Source: an uncultured Acidobacteriota bacterium (lineage in GTDB: Bacteria; Acidobacteriota; UBA6911). Taken from it: DNA of 64,000 bases. The stretch is from positions 1 through 64,000 of the forward strand of contig CAWHCF010000013.1 of the NCBI GenBank assembly GCA_963827655.1, read 5' to 3'. Shown here piece after piece: positions 61,290-64,000 of this stretch. The notes beneath the pieces were generated by a model, which was given only the letters and a program-made list of their open reading frames with translations, was not told the origin of the DNA and ran no database searches. The position numbers and the translations under genes are program-made. Position 1 is the stretch's first letter; every line of letters begins with the position of its first letter.

Positions 61290-64000
61290 ATGAACAAGAG
61301 AACATCCAGTTATTGTGGTGGCGCGCTTTGCCTGTTACTTCTCGTCGCGACGGCCGGCGCGCAACAGTTTACCGGAACACTTCAGGGCGTTGTCCGGGAC
61401 GCGAGCGGCGCGGTCATTCCCGGCGCTGAAGTATCCGTGACCAACGCGGGCACCAACCAAAGCCGAATCCTGATCACCGATGCCAGCGGAGCCTACGTGG
61501 CTCCCCTCTTGAAGCCGGGAACCTATCGCGTCTCGGTAAGGCTGACGGGCTTCAAGACCTCGACGATCGACGAGGTCAAGATTGACGTTCAGCAGACGCG
61601 CGTTGTCGACCTGCGTCTCGATGTCGGCGAGATGAACGATACCGTGAACGTCTCGGCGAACGCTGCAGCGCTCGAAGTCTCGACCTCAACCGTCAACCAG
61701 ACCATCGAGAACAAACGGATTGTCGATCTGCCGCTGAACGGCCGCAATCCTTTCACTCTGGCGACGCTGAGCCCCGGCGTGATTCCGGCTCCCGGCTCCT
61801 CCCCCTGGATCAGCGGGGGACGCAATGCCACGAGCGAAGTTACCATCGATGGCGTCTCGAACGTGGGGCCGGAAAACAACGTCTCAATCCTCGATCTGCT
61901 CTACACTCCCTCGGTGGACGCCGTCCAGGAATTCAACGTTCAGACCAATGTGGTCAGCGCCGAGTTCGGGCGGCTCGGCGGCGGGGTGATCAACGTCATT
62001 ACCCGCAGCGGTACCAACGCATTCCACGCCAGCTTGTATGAGTTTCACCGCAATTCGGCCCTGGATGCGAACAACTTCTTCAGCAATCGGGCCGGCATTC
62101 CACTGCGCAGCTTCAAGCGCAACCAGTTCGGCGCGACCGCGGGCGGCCCGGTCGTGATTCCGGGACTCTACCGCGGACGCGATCGCACGTTCTTTTTCGT
62201 CGACTACGAAGGACAGCGACAGAGCGCCGCGAGTGTCTCGACTTTCACCGTGCCGCTCAACGAATGGCGTCGCGGCGACTTCTCGGGCTTGCGCAATGCG
62301 TCCGGGAATCCGATTCTCATCTACGATCCGCTGACCACGCGCGAAGTCAGTCCGGGAAGATTTGCCCGCGATCCCTTTGCGGGGAACATCATTCCCGAGA
62401 CGCGCATCAATCCGGTCGCGCGCAGCGTGATGCCGTTCTGGCCGCAGCCCAACGTCGCTCCCACAAGCGTGTTTACCCAGACCAATAACTATGCGGCCGC
62501 CGGATCGGCCGTGAGCGACTTCGACAAGTTCGACGCGCGCGTCGACCACAACATTCTTCCGAACTGGCGGGTCTTCGTTCGTGGCTCGGCGCAGTGGGGC
62601 AAAGGCATACCCGTCAACTTCTTCGGCAATGTCGCCACCCCCAGCGGCTCCGGGCCAAGCGACAGCGGGAACCGGAGTGTCACAATCGATCAGGCCATCA
62701 CGCTCAACCCCAGGCTGCTGTTGAACGTCCGCTACGGTTTCGGGCGCCGCTTCACCAACGCGCGGCCGTTTTCGACCGGCTACGATTTCACTCAGCTCGG
62801 TTTTCCGCAATCCGTAAAGCGCGCCGCGGAGCTTCAGGCGCTCGAGTTCCCGCGCTTTAACGCCAGCGGGCTGACGTCTCTTGGGCAGCCGACTTTCACC
62901 GATCTGGACATCCTGCCGATGACTCACTCGTTCAACGTAAATCTGACACAGACGACCGGACGGCACACCCTCAAGTGGGGCATGGACTACCGCAAGCTGA
63001 TGATTAATTTCCTCCAGCTCGGTCAGCCTTCGGGAGAGTACAGCTTTGATTCCCGCTGGACGCAGCTGGATCCCAACGTAGCCAGCTCGACGGCCGGGTT
63101 CGGCCTCGCCTCGCTGCTGATCGGCGTTCCGACCGGCGGGCAGATCAGCCACGACCCCACGCCCGCATCGGCCAGCTCTTACTGGGCCTGGTACCTCCAG
63201 GACGATTGGAAGCTGACCTCGCGTCTGACCCTTAACCTCGGCTTGCGCTACGAGCTCGACGTACCACGAACCGAGCGGTTCGATCGGCTGGCCATTTTCC
63301 GTTTCGACGCCCCCTCACCGATCGCGGGCCGGGTCGCGGGGTTCCCGAACCTGAGAGGCGCGATGGACTTCGTCGATGAGGACAACCGGCGCCAGGCGCC
63401 GACCGACAGGAACAACTGGGGTCCGCGCTTCGGATTCGCTTATAACCTGACCGACAAGACCGTCGTGCGCGGCGCCTACGGCGTTTTCTTCTCGGCCTCG
63501 GCGCTGCAGGCTGCAGGGCACACCGGAACGGCGGGGATGGAGGGTTTTCGCAGTTCGACTCCCTTCGTCACCAGCCTGGACGGCCGCACACCCCTCAACT
63601 TCCTCGAGAATCCCTTTCCCGACGGCTTCAACTTTCCCACCGGAAAGTCGCTGGGCGCCGAGACGTTCCTGGGTCTCGGGGTTAGCGAGAGCGTCTTCGT
63701 CGACGACGCCAATCCGTACATTCAGCAGTGGAATTTCAATCTGCAGCGGGAGATGCCCGGGAGTGTCGTCTTTGAGGCGGCCTACATTGGATCGAAGGGG
63801 ACGCGCCTGATCGATGGCGAAAGCGGTGTCGTGCTGAACCAGCTGCCGGTGGAATTTCAAAGGTTGGGAACGCAGCTGCAGAATCTGGTTCCCAATCCCT
63901 TTTTTGGCGTAATCACGAATCCGGTTTCGACGCTCAGCCGGTCCGAGGTACAGCTGGGCCAGCTGTTGCGTCCTTATCCGCAGTACACGGCCGTCAACGG
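61290..64000 (+). CDS. TonB-dependent receptor with carboxypeptidase-regulatory-like N-domain (Oar-like); runs off the window end
   Basis: Manual translation: MNKRTSS..AQQFTGTLQGVVRDASGAVIPGA..DLPLNGRNPF..DAVQEFNVQT..SAEFGR..RNQFG..QDDWK..LNLGLRYE; missing from the ORF track because there is no stop codon. Confidence 0.93.
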   Translation, partial: MNKRTSSYCGGALCLLLLVATAGAQQFTGTLQGVVRDASGAVIPGAEVSVTNAGTNQSRILITDASGAYVAPLLKPGTYRVSVRLTGFKTSTIDEVKIDVQQTRVVDLRLDVGEMNDTVNVSANAAALEVSTSTVNQTIENKRIVDLPLNGRNPFTLATLSPGVIPAPGSSPWISGGRNATSEVTIDGVSNVGPENNVSILDLLYTPSVDAVQEFNVQTNVVSAEFGRLGGGVINVITRSGTNAFHASLYEFHRNSALDANNFFSNRAGIPLRSFKRNQFGATAGGPVVIPGLYRGRDRTFFFVDYEGQRQSAASVSTFTVPLNEWRRGDFSGLRNASGNPILIYDPLTTREVSPGRFARDPFAGNIIPETRINPVARSVMPFWPQPNVAPTSVFTQTNNYAAAGSAVSDFDKFDARVDHNILPNWRVFVRGSAQWGKGIPVNFFGNVATPSGSGPSDSGNRSVTIDQAITLNPRLLLNVRYGFGRRFTNARPFSTGYDFTQLGFPQSVKRAAELQALEFPRFNASGLTSLGQPTFTDLDILPMTHSFNVNLTQTTGRHTLKWGMDYRKLMINFLQLGQPSGEYSFDSRWTQLDPNVASSTAGFGLASLLIGVPTGGQISHDPTPASASSYWAWYLQDDWKLTSRLTLNLGLRYELDVPRTERFDRLAIFRFDAPSPIAGRVAGFPNLRGAMDFVDEDNRRQAPTDRNNWGPRFGFAYNLTDKTVVRGAYGVFFSASALQAAGHTGTAGMEGFRSSTPFVTSLDGRTPLNFLENPFPDGFNFPTGKSLGAETFLGLGVSESVFVDDANPYIQQWNFNLQREMPGSVVFEAAYIGSKGTRLIDGESGVVLNQLPVEFQRLGTQLQNLVPNPFFGVITNPVSTLSRSEVQLGQLLRPYPQYTAVN

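Noticed and set aside
61589-63860. Minus-strand ORFs such as 61884..63152
   Set aside because: Antisense shadows of the TonB-dependent receptor gene
1-64000. rRNA, tRNA, integrase, transposase or prophage genes
   Set aside because: None recognisable by eye

Overview
A GC-rich bacterial window. Gene content and protein style (Oar-like TonB receptor, DUF1080, DUF2911, DUF6282, Tat-exported enzymes) suggest Acidobacteriota, which is an inference. Scattered single-base indels split otherwise normal genes and look like long-read consensus errors. Most of the window is metabolic: xylose isomerase, altronate dehydratase and eda, glycine cleavage gcvP/H/T, a Tat-exported molybdo-flavoenzyme operon, sulfatase, an Omp85 paralogue, and an ECF sigma/ZAS anti-sigma/TlpA operon. 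The best candidate for a novel system lies at about 53.5-59.9 kb. There, a phosphorylation-type ECF sigma is followed by a Ser/Thr kinase fused to an AAA_35 (STAND-like) NTPase, which is translationally coupled (ATGA overlap) to a second AAA_35-TM-WD40 protein with about 15 near-identical repeats. This resembles a paired sensor/helper NLR wired to transcription. The window also holds a 5' group II intron remnant, several families of dispersed intergenic repeats (inverted heptamer arrays that invade gene 3' ends, and a 9-mer-period REP-like family), and a 49-aa zinc-finger gene below the ORF-track size limit. I saw no rRNA, tRNA or CRISPR array.
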